Source: Pseudonocardiales bacterium
Lineage (GTDB): Bacteria; Actinomycetota; Actinomycetes; Mycobacteriales; Pseudonocardiaceae
Direction: 5' to 3'
NCBI GenBank assembly: GCA_023252195.1
Contig: JAHEXI010000017.1
Location: 18,604-50,603 of the forward strand
DNA length: 32,000 bases
Each line of letters opens with the position of its first letter. Position 1 is the stretch's first letter. Of this stretch, positions 24,657-32,000 are shown in pieces. The translations under genes were made by a program, and so were the position numbers. The notes beneath the pieces are model-generated. The model saw only the letters and a program-made list of their open reading frames with translations. It had not been told where the DNA came from and made no database searches.

Positions 24657-24848
24657 ATGAGGATCACGGAAATCTTCGAACTTGGCGGTTTTGGCCGAGG
24701 CCATGACCACGGCGACAACTGTGGTGATAGGGGCCACCGGGGTCACGGTGGCCAGCGGGATCACGGGGATCGCGACGATCGTGGCAGTTACCGGGGTGAT
24801 AGGGGCTACTGGAGCGGCGGCTACAGAGATGGCAGGGATGGGTACTAA
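24657..24848 (+). CDS. Orphan 63-aa Gly/Arg/Asp/His/Tyr-rich small protein
   Basis: The ATG lies 7 nt after GAGGAGAG. Product MRITEIFELGGFGRGHDHGDNCGDRGHRGHGGQRDHGDRDDRGSYRGDRGYWSGGYRDGRDGY*. The frame was chosen on SD/ATG context, because the region is stop-free in 4 of 6 frames. Confidence 0.55.
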   Translation: MRITEIFELGGFGRGHDHGDNCGDRGHRGHGGQRDHGDRDDRGSYRGDRGYWSGGYRDGRDGY

Positions 24849-24849
24849 G

Positions 24850-24866
24850 CCCTTGGGCGGCAAGGG
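24850..24866 (+). terminator. Short hairpin immediately after the small-ORF stop (possible weak terminator or attenuator)
   Basis: CCCTTG-GGCGG-CAAGGG has a 6-bp stem and a 5-nt loop and starts 2 nt after TAA. No U-tract follows. Confidence 0.3.
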
Positions 24867-24905
24867 ATCGATACCAAGGCTTGTGGCTTAGAGTCCGCAG
24901 CTGAG

Positions 24906-25049
24906 GTGATCCCGCAGGACCCCGCGACCGCCACCGCGATCCGGGCGTGCCCGACCGCGATTCTGCTTCTGATCTTGGTCGCCGTGCTCGGACTCGTGGT
25001 GGCTGTTGCGGTGCTGCTAGCCGACCGAGTGTGGAGCCAGCAACGATGA
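24906..25049 (+). CDS. 47-codon micro-ORF encoding a single-pass transmembrane peptide; stop overlaps the gdh start
   Basis: From GTG 24906: VIPQDPATATAIRACPTAILLLILVAVLGLVVAVAVLLADRVWSQQR*. It has a 22-residue hydrophobic core. By hand count third-position GC is 38/47 in this frame versus 13/33 in the gdh frame over 24947-25045. The TGA at 25047-25049 overlaps the gdh ATG at 25046-25048. It is below the 60-aa cutoff of the ORF track. SD is weak. Confidence 0.45.
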   Translation: MIPQDPATATAIRACPTAILLLILVAVLGLVVAVAVLLADRVWSQQR

Positions 25050-28000
25050 CCGCCACAGCGCCCACCCCTCGTTCTGGAGCCGAGGCCGATCGACCACGAG
25101 ACTTGGCCGACCCCGCGTCGTGCAGCGCTCTCGCCGAGCTGATCGTGCTCTACTACCGGCTCGTTCCTGCTGAGGAGCTGAGCACCGCCGAACCCGGAGA
25201 ACTCGCGGCAGCGGTCCAGTCGCATCTGGCCCTGGCCGCGGACCGGGTGCCCGGTCGGGCGCTGGTTCGCCTGCTCAACCCCACCCGTGCCGAGGACGGC
25301 TGGAGCTCCCGCGACATGGTGGTGCAGATCGTCACTGATGACATGCCCTATCTGGTGGACTCGGTGGTCGCCGAGCTAGCCCGGATCAACGTTTCGGTGC
25401 GGCGCCTCGTGCATCCGATCGTCGTGGTCCGCCGCGATCTCACCGGAACCCTGCAGGAAGTACTCACCGGCTCTGATCCAGACAAGGCGCCCACAGATGC
25501 GCTGGTGGAGTCCTGGATGTATGTCAACGTCGATCGCATCACCGATCCCGACCGGGCCCGGCAGGTGCAGCAGCGGCTGCTGACCGTGCTCACGGATGTG
25601 CGTGAGGTTGTCGAGGACACCGAGGCGATGATCGGCGCTGCGTGCGCCCTGGCTGACGCACTGGACGCTGCGCCGCCGCCGCTGCCGGCTCAGGAGGTGG
25701 CCGAGGGTACCGCCCTGTTGCGCTGGCTGGCCGACGAACATTTCGTTTTTCTCGGCTACCGGCGCTACGAGCTGCTCTGGAAATCGACCGATGACCCGGC
25801 GGACGGCACGGCGCCCGCGCTGCGGGCGGTGCTCGGGTCCGGGCTCGGTGTGCTGCGCAGGGACAGCGTTGCCGCCAAAGGTCTCCGCACCGGACCGGAC
25901 GTCGACCCGCTGGCCCGGAATCTGCTGGTGCTTACCCAGGCTAGTGCGCCCGCCACCGTCTACCGGCCGGTCTACCCGCACTACATCGGGGTCAAGATCT
26001 TCGACGAGCGTGGCGCGGTCACCGGGGAGCATCGCTTTCTGGGGGTGCTGGGCACCACTGCGCTGCATGCGGACGTGCTGGGAATCCCGGTGATCGGCCG
26101 CCGGGTCCGCGAGGTGATCCATCGCGCCGGTGTCCCTTTCGATTCCTACTCCGGGCAGCGGATGGTGGAGGTGCTCCAGACCTACCCGCGGACCGAGCTG
26201 TTCTCCACTGACATGGACTCGCTGTACCAAACGGTGACCGGGGTGTTGTCCCTGGCGCAGCGGCGCACGGTGCGGTTGTTCTGCCGGCGTGATCCCTACG
26301 GCCGGTTTTTCTCCTGCCTGGTCTACCTGCCGCGCGATCGCTATACCACCGCCGCGCGGCTGGCCATGCAGGACGTACTGCTGCGCGATCTGCACGGCAC
26401 TGAGCTGACCTACAGCGCGCAGATCGGCGAGTCCGTGCACGCACGGGTGCACTTCACCGTGCACACCGACCCGGATGATGGTGGCGTGCCGGCGGCACCC
26501 GACGTCGGCGCGATCACCGAACGCCTGGAGCACGCCGTTCTTACCTGGGATGATCGGCTCCTCGACGCTGCCTCGACGAGCGGCGCAGCCACTGCGGAAC
26601 TTGTGCAGCGTTATTTGACGGCTTTCCCGCAGGCATATAAGGAAAACTTCGACGCTGCCACCGCGCTGGCCGACATCTCGCGGCTGGAGGCGCTGGCCGC
26701 ACCAGACGGTCTGGACTTGTGCTTTGAGATCCCGGAGGGCGGCGAGCCGGGGGAACGGCGGTTCAAGGTCTACTTGGCGGGGCAGCGGATCACCCTGTCC
26801 CAGGTGCTGCCGGTGCTACAGCAGCTGGATGTCGAAATCGTCGACGAGCGGCCCTACCAGGTAATCCGCGGCGACAGGGTGCACTGCTGGATCTACGACT
26901 TCGGGCTGCGGTTGGATGCCACGCTGTTGGAACAGCTGGCCGGTCAGGCCGTCGAGGACGTGGAGCGGCGGTTCGGCGAGGCGTTCGTGGCTGGCTGGCG
27001 CGGCGCCTGCGAGGTGGACCGCTTCAACGCCCTGGTGTTGCGCGCCGCGCTGGACTGGCGCCAGGTAGCGGTGCTGCGGGGTTACGTCCGCTATCTGCGG
27101 CAGGCCCGAAGCCGCTACAGCGAGCGCTATGTCGAGGAAGTGCTGCTCGCGCACAGCGGCATCGCCGCTGCCCTGGTCGGCCTGTTCGAGGCCCATTTCG
27201 ATCCGGCGCGCGATGGCGCCACCCGAGACATCAGGCACGACGAGCTAGCGGTGCAGATCACCAGGATGATCGACGAGGTGGCCGGGCTGGACGCCGATCG
27301 CATCCTGCGCGGCCTGTTCACCCTGGTACGCGCCACGCTGCGGACCAACTACTACATCCGTGACGCCGAGGGTGCCCCTCGGCACTACCTGGCGCTCAAA
27401 CTCGACCCGGGGACGGTGCCGGAGCTGCCCGAGCCGCGGCCGGCGTTTGAGATCTTCGTCTGCTCCCCCCGGGTGGAGGGTGTGCATGTGCGCTTCGGCC
27501 CGATCGCCCGTGGTGGGCTGCGCTGGTCGGATCGCCGGGAGGACTTCCGCACGGAGGTGCTCGCCTTGGCCAAGGCGCAGACGGTGAAGAACGCCGTGAT
27601 CGTGCCGGCCGGAGCCAAGGGCGCCTTCGTGGTCAAGCGCCCACCGGCGGCTACCGGTGACCCCACGCTGGACCGCGAGGCACTCCAAGCCGAGGGCATC
27701 GCCTGCTACCGGATGTTCGTATCAGGATTGCTCGATCTCACCGACAACCTGGTAGCCGGCCGGACTCGGCATCCCGACCAGGTGGTGTGCCACGACGGCG
27801 ACGACAGCTACCTGGTCGTCGCAGCCGACAAGGGCACCGCGACGTTCTCCGATATCGCCAACGAGGTCGCCGCGTCCTACCAGTTCTGGCTGGGCGACGC
27901 GTTCGCCTCCGGCGGCTCGGCAGGCTATGACCACAAGGCCATTGGGATCACCGCCAGGGGTGCCTGGGAAAGCGTCAAGCGGCACTTCCGCGAACTGGGC

Positions 28001-29917
28001 ATCGATCCCCAGACCGAGGATGTCACCGTGGTCGGGATCGGGGACATGTCCGGCGACGTGTTCGGCAACGGGATGCTGTGCTCGCAGCACATCAGGCTGC
28101 TCGCGGCGTTCGATCACCGGCATGTCTTCCTCGACCCCGACCCGGACCCGGCCAGCTCCTACACCGAGCGGCGGCGGCTGTTCGAGCTGCCCCGCTCGTC
28201 CTGGGACGACTACGACCGTTCGCTGATCAGCACCGGCGGCGGGGTGTGGCACCGCGGCATCAAACGCATTCCACTCAGCGCGCAGCTGCGCCGGGCTTTG
28301 GGCATTTCTGGGGGCATCACCGAACTGTCCCCGCCCGAACTCATCCGGGCGATTCTGCTCAGCCCAGCTCAGCTGTTGTTCAACGGCGGGATCGGCACCT
28401 ATGTCAAGGCCTCCACCGAGACCCACGCCGAGGTCGCCGACAAGACCAACGACGCGCTGCGGGTAGACGGTGGGCAACTGCGGGTGCGGGTGATCGCCGA
28501 AGGCGGCAACCTCGGGCTGACCCAGCGCGGCCGGATCGAGTTCGCCCGAGCCGGGGGGAAAATCAACACCGACGCCATCGACAACTCCGCCGGGGTCGAC
28601 TGCTCCGACCATGAGGTCAACATCAAGATCCTGCTGGATCGGCAGGTCACTGACGGTGTGCTGAACACCGCCCAGCGCCGCGCGCTGCTGTTCGACATGA
28701 CCGACGCCGTCGCCGCACTGGTGCTCGCCCACAACGCCGACCAGAACACCCAGCTTGGCGTCAGCCGGGCGCACGCCGCGTCGATGATGTCGGTGTACGG
28801 CCGGCTGGTGACCTATCTGGAGGAGCACCACGGTTTAGACCGAACGTTGGCGATCCTGCCGACCCAGGCGCAGTGGGAGGTACGGCAGTCCACCGGCGAG
28901 GGGCTGACCTCGCCGGAGCTGTCCACCCTGATGGCCCACGTCAAGCTCGCGCTGACCGGCGAGGTGCTGGCCAGTGGCCTACCTGATGCCGAGGTGTTCC
29001 GCGAGCGGCTGCCGCAATACTTCCCCGCCCCGCTGCGAGACCGGTTCGCCGGAGCTATCGGCGAACATCCGCTGCGCCGGGAGATCACCACCACGTTGCT
29101 GGTCAACGAACTCGTTGACCGAGGTGGGATCACCTACTCCTATCGGTTGGCCGAGGAGCTGTCGGTCTCGGCCCCCGACGCGGTGCGGGCCTACTTCGTG
29201 GCGGTCGCGGTCTTCGACCTGCGGGCGACCTGGCAGGCGATCGCCACCATGAGCACCTCAGTGCCGGTCTCGGTCGCCGACGCCATGATGCTGGCGCTGC
29301 GCAGGCTGCTGGACCGGGTCAGCCGCTGGCTGCTGCTCAACCGGCCGCAGCCGCTCGCGGTCGGTGCCGAGATCGACCGGTTCCGCCCGATTGTCCGGGC
29401 GCTGGTGCCGCGGGTGCCGGACTGGCTGACCGGCCGCGAAGCCGGCGACGTCGCGGCCACCGCCCGCCAGCTCACCGAGCAGGAAGTGCCCGATGAGCTG
29501 GCGCGCCGGGCGAGTGCGGGTTTGACCAGCTTCGGGCTGCTCGACGTCATCGAGGTCGCCGAGCTGGCAAAAGCGGATCCCGAGCCGGTCGCTGCGCTGT
29601 ACTACGCGCTGTCCGCGCACCTGGGCATCGACCGGATGCTGGGCTTGGTCAGTGAACTGGCCCGCGGGGACCGCTGGCACGCGCTCGCTCGCCTGACCCT
29701 GCGCGATGACCTCTACGCGTCGTTGCGCAAGATCACCCTGGACGCGCTGCACACCGGTGACGTCGGGGTCGACCCAGCGACGACGATCGCCGCGTGGGAG
29801 CGGCGCAACTCCGCTCGGCTGTCCCGGGCCAGGGCAACCCTCAACGAGATCTCCGACGCTGGAAACCTCGACCTGGCGACCCTGTCGGTCGCGGTTCGAG
29901 CGTTGGCGCGCTTATAA
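25046..29917 (+). CDS. gdh: NAD-specific glutamate dehydrogenase, large (~180 kDa) class
   Basis: 1623 aa, the length characteristic of the large bacterial NAD-GDH family. Central catalytic region ...FGPIARGGLRWSDRREDFRTEVLALAKAQTVKNAVIVPAGAKGAFVVK...VVAADKGTATFSD...GYDHKAIGITARGAWESV...GIGDMSGDVFGNGML. ATG 25046 has GGAG 9 nt upstream. The track's GTG 24947 extension has low third-position GC. Confidence 0.95.
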   Translation: MTATAPTPRSGAEADRPRDLADPASCSALAELIVLYYRLVPAEELSTAEPGELAAAVQSHLALAADRVPGRALVRLLNPTRAEDGWSSRDMVVQIVTDDMPYLVDSVVAELARINVSVRRLVHPIVVVRRDLTGTLQEVLTGSDPDKAPTDALVESWMYVNVDRITDPDRARQVQQRLLTVLTDVREVVEDTEAMIGAACALADALDAAPPPLPAQEVAEGTALLRWLADEHFVFLGYRRYELLWKSTDDPADGTAPALRAVLGSGLGVLRRDSVAAKGLRTGPDVDPLARNLLVLTQASAPATVYRPVYPHYIGVKIFDERGAVTGEHRFLGVLGTTALHADVLGIPVIGRRVREVIHRAGVPFDSYSGQRMVEVLQTYPRTELFSTDMDSLYQTVTGVLSLAQRRTVRLFCRRDPYGRFFSCLVYLPRDRYTTAARLAMQDVLLRDLHGTELTYSAQIGESVHARVHFTVHTDPDDGGVPAAPDVGAITERLEHAVLTWDDRLLDAASTSGAATAELVQRYLTAFPQAYKENFDAATALADISRLEALAAPDGLDLCFEIPEGGEPGERRFKVYLAGQRITLSQVLPVLQQLDVEIVDERPYQVIRGDRVHCWIYDFGLRLDATLLEQLAGQAVEDVERRFGEAFVAGWRGACEVDRFNALVLRAALDWRQVAVLRGYVRYLRQARSRYSERYVEEVLLAHSGIAAALVGLFEAHFDPARDGATRDIRHDELAVQITRMIDEVAGLDADRILRGLFTLVRATLRTNYYIRDAEGAPRHYLALKLDPGTVPELPEPRPAFEIFVCSPRVEGVHVRFGPIARGGLRWSDRREDFRTEVLALAKAQTVKNAVIVPAGAKGAFVVKRPPAATGDPTLDREALQAEGIACYRMFVSGLLDLTDNLVAGRTRHPDQVVCHDGDDSYLVVAADKGTATFSDIANEVAASYQFWLGDAFASGGSAGYDHKAIGITARGAWESVKRHFRELGIDPQTEDVTVVGIGDMSGDVFGNGMLCSQHIRLLAAFDHRHVFLDPDPDPASSYTERRRLFELPRSSWDDYDRSLISTGGGVWHRGIKRIPLSAQLRRALGISGGITELSPPELIRAILLSPAQLLFNGGIGTYVKASTETHAEVADKTNDALRVDGGQLRVRVIAEGGNLGLTQRGRIEFARAGGKINTDAIDNSAGVDCSDHEVNIKILLDRQVTDGVLNTAQRRALLFDMTDAVAALVLAHNADQNTQLGVSRAHAASMMSVYGRLVTYLEEHHGLDRTLAILPTQAQWEVRQSTGEGLTSPELSTLMAHVKLALTGEVLASGLPDAEVFRERLPQYFPAPLRDRFAGAIGEHPLRREITTTLLVNELVDRGGITYSYRLAEELSVSAPDAVRAYFVAVAVFDLRATWQAIATMSTSVPVSVADAMMLALRRLLDRVSRWLLLNRPQPLAVGAEIDRFRPIVRALVPRVPDWLTGREAGDVAATARQLTEQEVPDELARRASAGLTSFGLLDVIEVAELAKADPEPVAALYYALSAHLGIDRMLGLVSELARGDRWHALARLTLRDDLYASLRKITLDALHTGDVGVDPATTIAAWERRNSARLSRARATLNEISDAGNLDLATLSVAVRALARL

Positions 29918-30123
29918 GACCTAGTGGACATCCTCGAATACGCGAGCAAGTGAGCCAAGTTCGGTATCTCAACTAAATGAGTAAGTTTGCCGTCTGGCCC
30001 CAGGTACCCATTGCGCCGGGCTGGACCGCCAATTGGAACCATTTGCAGCTTCCGGTTGAGCTGGTAGCGGTGCGTCAGCGGCCATGGTGTACCTCCGCGT
30101 CGGGGAGCTGCCGGGCCGGGGGT

Positions 30124-30655
30124 TTAGACATCCCAGTCACACACCACGGTGTGCAGCACGTTCAACGCATCTCCGTCGACCTGCTGGCTGACTAGCGGTC
30201 TATCTGGGACGATCAAGGAAGACTTGCGGGCCCGTGCAGCGGTGCATCCCTGGCCGAACCCGGCGAGGTAGATGGTGTCGCGCCACTGGAGGGTCTCCCG
30301 GACGCCCACTGAAGACGACGAGTGGCTCGCGGACTCGCTCGACAACGTACCTCGACCCGTTGCCGTGGTCGTCGCTGGTGCCGTGGCTCATCGCGCAAGC
30401 GCGTCTGACCGGCCAACTCGCGTTCGGGTACCGCGGCGCCACCGGGCAGGGACTCGGCCGGGCCGAGCTGGGATCGCCTCGGCCTGACGGTGATACCCGA
30501 TGGTCACCACCGCGTCTGGCTTGACGAGCCTGACGGTGACTTTCGGTGGAGCTCGCCGCCGAGGGCCTCGCTTCTTCGCGGTCAGGAAACTCTTCTCAAC
30601 TCAATGGGTCCAGTTGTGTCGCATCGTTGCTGACGACATGTGGCCAGGTCAGGTG
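30124..30655 (-). pseudogene. Degraded ORF(s) of unknown family downstream of the DUF397 gene
   Basis: Protein-like segments sit in different frames: ...KVTVRLVKPDAVVTIGYHRQAEAIPA...; MSHGTSDDHGNGSRYVVERVREPLVVFSGRPG...; ...TLQWRDTIYLAGFGQGCTAARARKSSLIVPDRPLVSQQVDGDALNVLHTVVCDWDV*. No single frame is open across the region. Confidence 0.3.
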
Positions 30656-30882
30656 TCAGCTCAAGTCGTCGAATTCGCCGGCTTTGCAACCGTTGATCCA
30701 GACGTGTATTTCGGTGAGGATGAAGTATGAGGTCCCTGCCTGGGGGTGGTTGCTGTTGCGTAGGGCGATTGTGCCATCTTCCAGTGGGGCGATCTCGATG
30801 CAGTTGCCGCCTCCGGTGCCGCCGCTGCCGGAGTAGCTGCTCTACGCCAGTTGGCGCGGGTCAGGGGGTCTGTGTCGGTCAT
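30656..30882 (-). pseudogene. DUF397 (BldB-like) small protein, frameshifted
   Basis: ATG 30882 lies 7 nt after GAAGGAGG and gives MTDTDPLTRANWR. The hallmark SSYSGSGGTGGGNCIEIAPLEDGTIALRNSNHPQAGTSYFILTEIHVWINGCKAGEFDDLS* continues in the +1 frame. The junction tggcgtAGagcagc lacks one nucleotide relative to an uninterrupted W-R-x-S-S-Y-S reading, and TAG is in frame for the C-terminal part. Confidence 0.8.
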
Positions 30883-30908
30883 CTCGCATCCTCCTTCGTA
30901 TGTCATTC

Positions 30909-31679
30909 CTAGGTTTTCGTGGCTTTCTTAATCACGTCCACGGAATTAGCCTGGGAAAGGGCGCGCTCGGTGAGGATGCCCAATTTGACGATGCAAGCCC
31001 GGACGTCGGAGCGATCTTCGATGTAGACGGCTCCGCCGGGACCTTCGGCGTGGCCGAAGTCGGGGATGGGTTCGGGCAGGGTGAGCACAGAGAAGGGGCC
31101 GTCCATGGCGGGACTTGCCCCTGCTGCCTTCGGCAGTACCTGGATGGTGATGTGGTCGGCGGTTGATTCGTCGATCAGGTAGCGGAGTTGGTTGCGCATG
31201 ATCGCGGGTGTGCCGACTGGGCGTTCGAGGACCGCCTCGTCGAGGATCACGTGAAAGTGAAGTGGGCTGGCCCTGGTCAGGATCTGTTGGCGGGCCAGGC
31301 GAGCCATGACGCGCCGTTCCACGACATCGCCGGCCAGGCCGGGATTTGCGCCGTTGATGAGGGCGCGGGTGAAGTCGGCCGTGTGCAGCAGCCCGGGGAC
31401 GAGCATCGTCTCGAACTGGCGCAGCGCCACGAGGGCGGCCTCAACGCTGAGGAATCCGTGGAAGTCCTCGGGGAGATCCTTGCGGATCGCCAGCCAATAT
31501 CCCCGTTCCTGCGCCGTTGCCGCGAGGTCGAGCAGCCAGACGCGAAGAGCCGCGTCGGTGACATTGTATAGATCAAGAAGCTGCTCGATCTCACGAATCC
31601 GCACGCCCTGCGCGCGCGTTTCGATCCTGCCCAGCTTCGAACGAGACCACGCCCCCGACCCGGTCCGCAACTGTTGCAC
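30909..31679 (-). CDS. XRE-family HTH regulator with DUF5753 domain (WhiJ / Scr1-antitoxin-like); N-terminus compromised by an in-frame TAA
   Basis: ...QQLRTGSGAWSRSKLGRIETRAQGVRIREIEQLLDLYNV...MLVPGLLHTADFTRALI...ITIQVLP...GPFSVLTLPEP...AVYIEDRSDV.... The in-frame upstream sequence ASNRTPRSRGSAPSLAIPLRERAGLTIEQA completes the HTH but has no ATG/GTG/TTG. A TAA (31770-31772) separates it from an in-frame ATG at 31820 (MSDPTLDARPQTRVLR*). Confidence 0.7.
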   Translation of the reverse strand: MQQLRTGSGAWSRSKLGRIETRAQGVRIREIEQLLDLYNVTDAALRVWLLDLAATAQERGYWLAIRKDLPEDFHGFLSVEAALVALRQFETMLVPGLLHTADFTRALINGANPGLAGDVVERRVMARLARQQILTRASPLHFHVILDEAVLERPVGTPAIMRNQLRYLIDESTADHITIQVLPKAAGASPAMDGPFSVLTLPEPIPDFGHAEGPGGAVYIEDRSDVRACIVKLGILTERALSQANSVDVIKKATKT

Positions 31680-31920
31680 GGCCTGCTCAATCGTCAGTCC
31701 GGCGCGTTCCCGGAGCGGTATCGCGAGTGACGGGGCTGAGCCGCGAGATCGGGGGGTGCGGTTGCTGGCTTACCTGAGTACTCGGGTTTGGGGCCGGGCA
31801 TCGAGCGTGGGATCCGACATGCGGCGATCGCGGAGAACTTCCCCCGATTGACCCGGGCGGGCGTGCCGGTGGTGCACTACTGGCGGCCGTCGATGCCGTG
31901 CGCGGCTACACGCCTGCCCG

Positions 31921-32000
31921 GTGACCCAGCGCGAGCGGTGCCGGTTGGTCACGGCAGCTGGTGATCGGCCGAGTTCAGTGAGTGTCAGGGAGGCGCTGCG
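31921..32000 (+). CDS. Possible 5' end of a divergent gene (position expected for the ATP-binding, anti-sigma-factor-like partner of WhiJ-type loci)
   Basis: GTG 31921 gives VTQRERCRLVTAAGDRPSSVSVREAL..., open to the window edge. Only 26 codons are visible, so the assignment rests on context alone. Confidence 0.2.
   Translation, partial: MTQRERCRLVTAAGDRPSSVSVREAL

Noticed and set aside
24528-24891. Alternative frames over the repeat region: plus 24682..24891 (MAVLAEAMTTATTVVIGATGVTVASGITG...) and minus 24528..24863 (Pro/Val/Ala/Thr/Ile-rich) as the real gene or a hydrophobic RiPP-like peptide
   Set aside because: Neither has a credible SD/start, whereas the 24657 frame has GAGGAGAG-N7-ATG. 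Their openness follows from the GGN/GAY/CGN repeat composition. They are not fully excluded, because hand-counted third-position GC is slightly higher in these frames, so this is flagged for checking in the finding.
24947-25045. GTG 24947 as the gdh start (1656-aa version in the ORF track)
   Set aside because: Third-position GC in this frame over 24947-25045 is about 40 percent (13/33). The product is Arg/Cys/Gly-rich. ATG 25046 has GGAG 9 nt upstream, and another frame carries the coding signal there.
25376-28831. Long minus-strand ORFs inside gdh (25376..26533, 27722..28831) as candidate nested or antisense genes
   Set aside because: Low-complexity Arg/Gly/Pro/Gln-rich products. The plus frame is a continuous 1623-aa NAD-GDH with its conserved catalytic region, and there are no independent start or SD signals.

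Overview
High-GC actinobacterial chromosomal segment. I recognised no rRNA, tRNA, CRISPR array, transposase or integrase. Left to right: (1) a partial Lrp/AsnC regulator, divergent from a translationally coupled amidinotransferase(DDAH-like)-rocD pair for arginine/ornithine catabolism. (2) A convergent GAF-ANTAR RNA-binding regulator. (3) About 2.5 kb of gene remnants and short orphan ORFs (3.3-5.8 kb). (4) An isochorismatase-family hydrolase. (5) A six-gene minus-strand polyol (sorbitol/mannitol-type) operon: lipoprotein SBP, two permeases, Zn-dependent dehydrogenase, ABC ATPase and mannitol-2-dehydrogenase-family enzyme. It has a divergent SorC-family regulator whose stop overlaps the start of an APH-fold kinase. 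(6) A 15.1-22.6 kb accessory stretch in which most recognisable genes are frameshifted, truncated or lack a start: PIMT-like methyltransferase, XRE/DUF5753 regulator, Zn-ADH, cupin, MmyB-like regulator, TIGR03086-like protein and GrpB. A bacterial PTH2-type peptidyl-tRNA hydrolase, an aldo/keto reductase and a membrane protein there look intact. (7) Intact core genes for malic enzyme and the 1623-aa NAD-glutamate dehydrogenase. The intergenic region between them holds an orphan 63-aa Gly/Arg/Asp/His/Tyr-rich ORF and a 47-codon transmembrane micro-ORF whose TGA overlaps the gdh ATG. (8) A WhiJ-like XRE/DUF5753 + DUF397 module at the right end, also disrupted. The items most worth follow-up are the two small ORFs upstream of gdh, the SorC-kinase coupling, the PTH2 gene, and gene decay that is confined to accessory genes. 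All calls come from reading translations and sequence by eye; no database search was possible.
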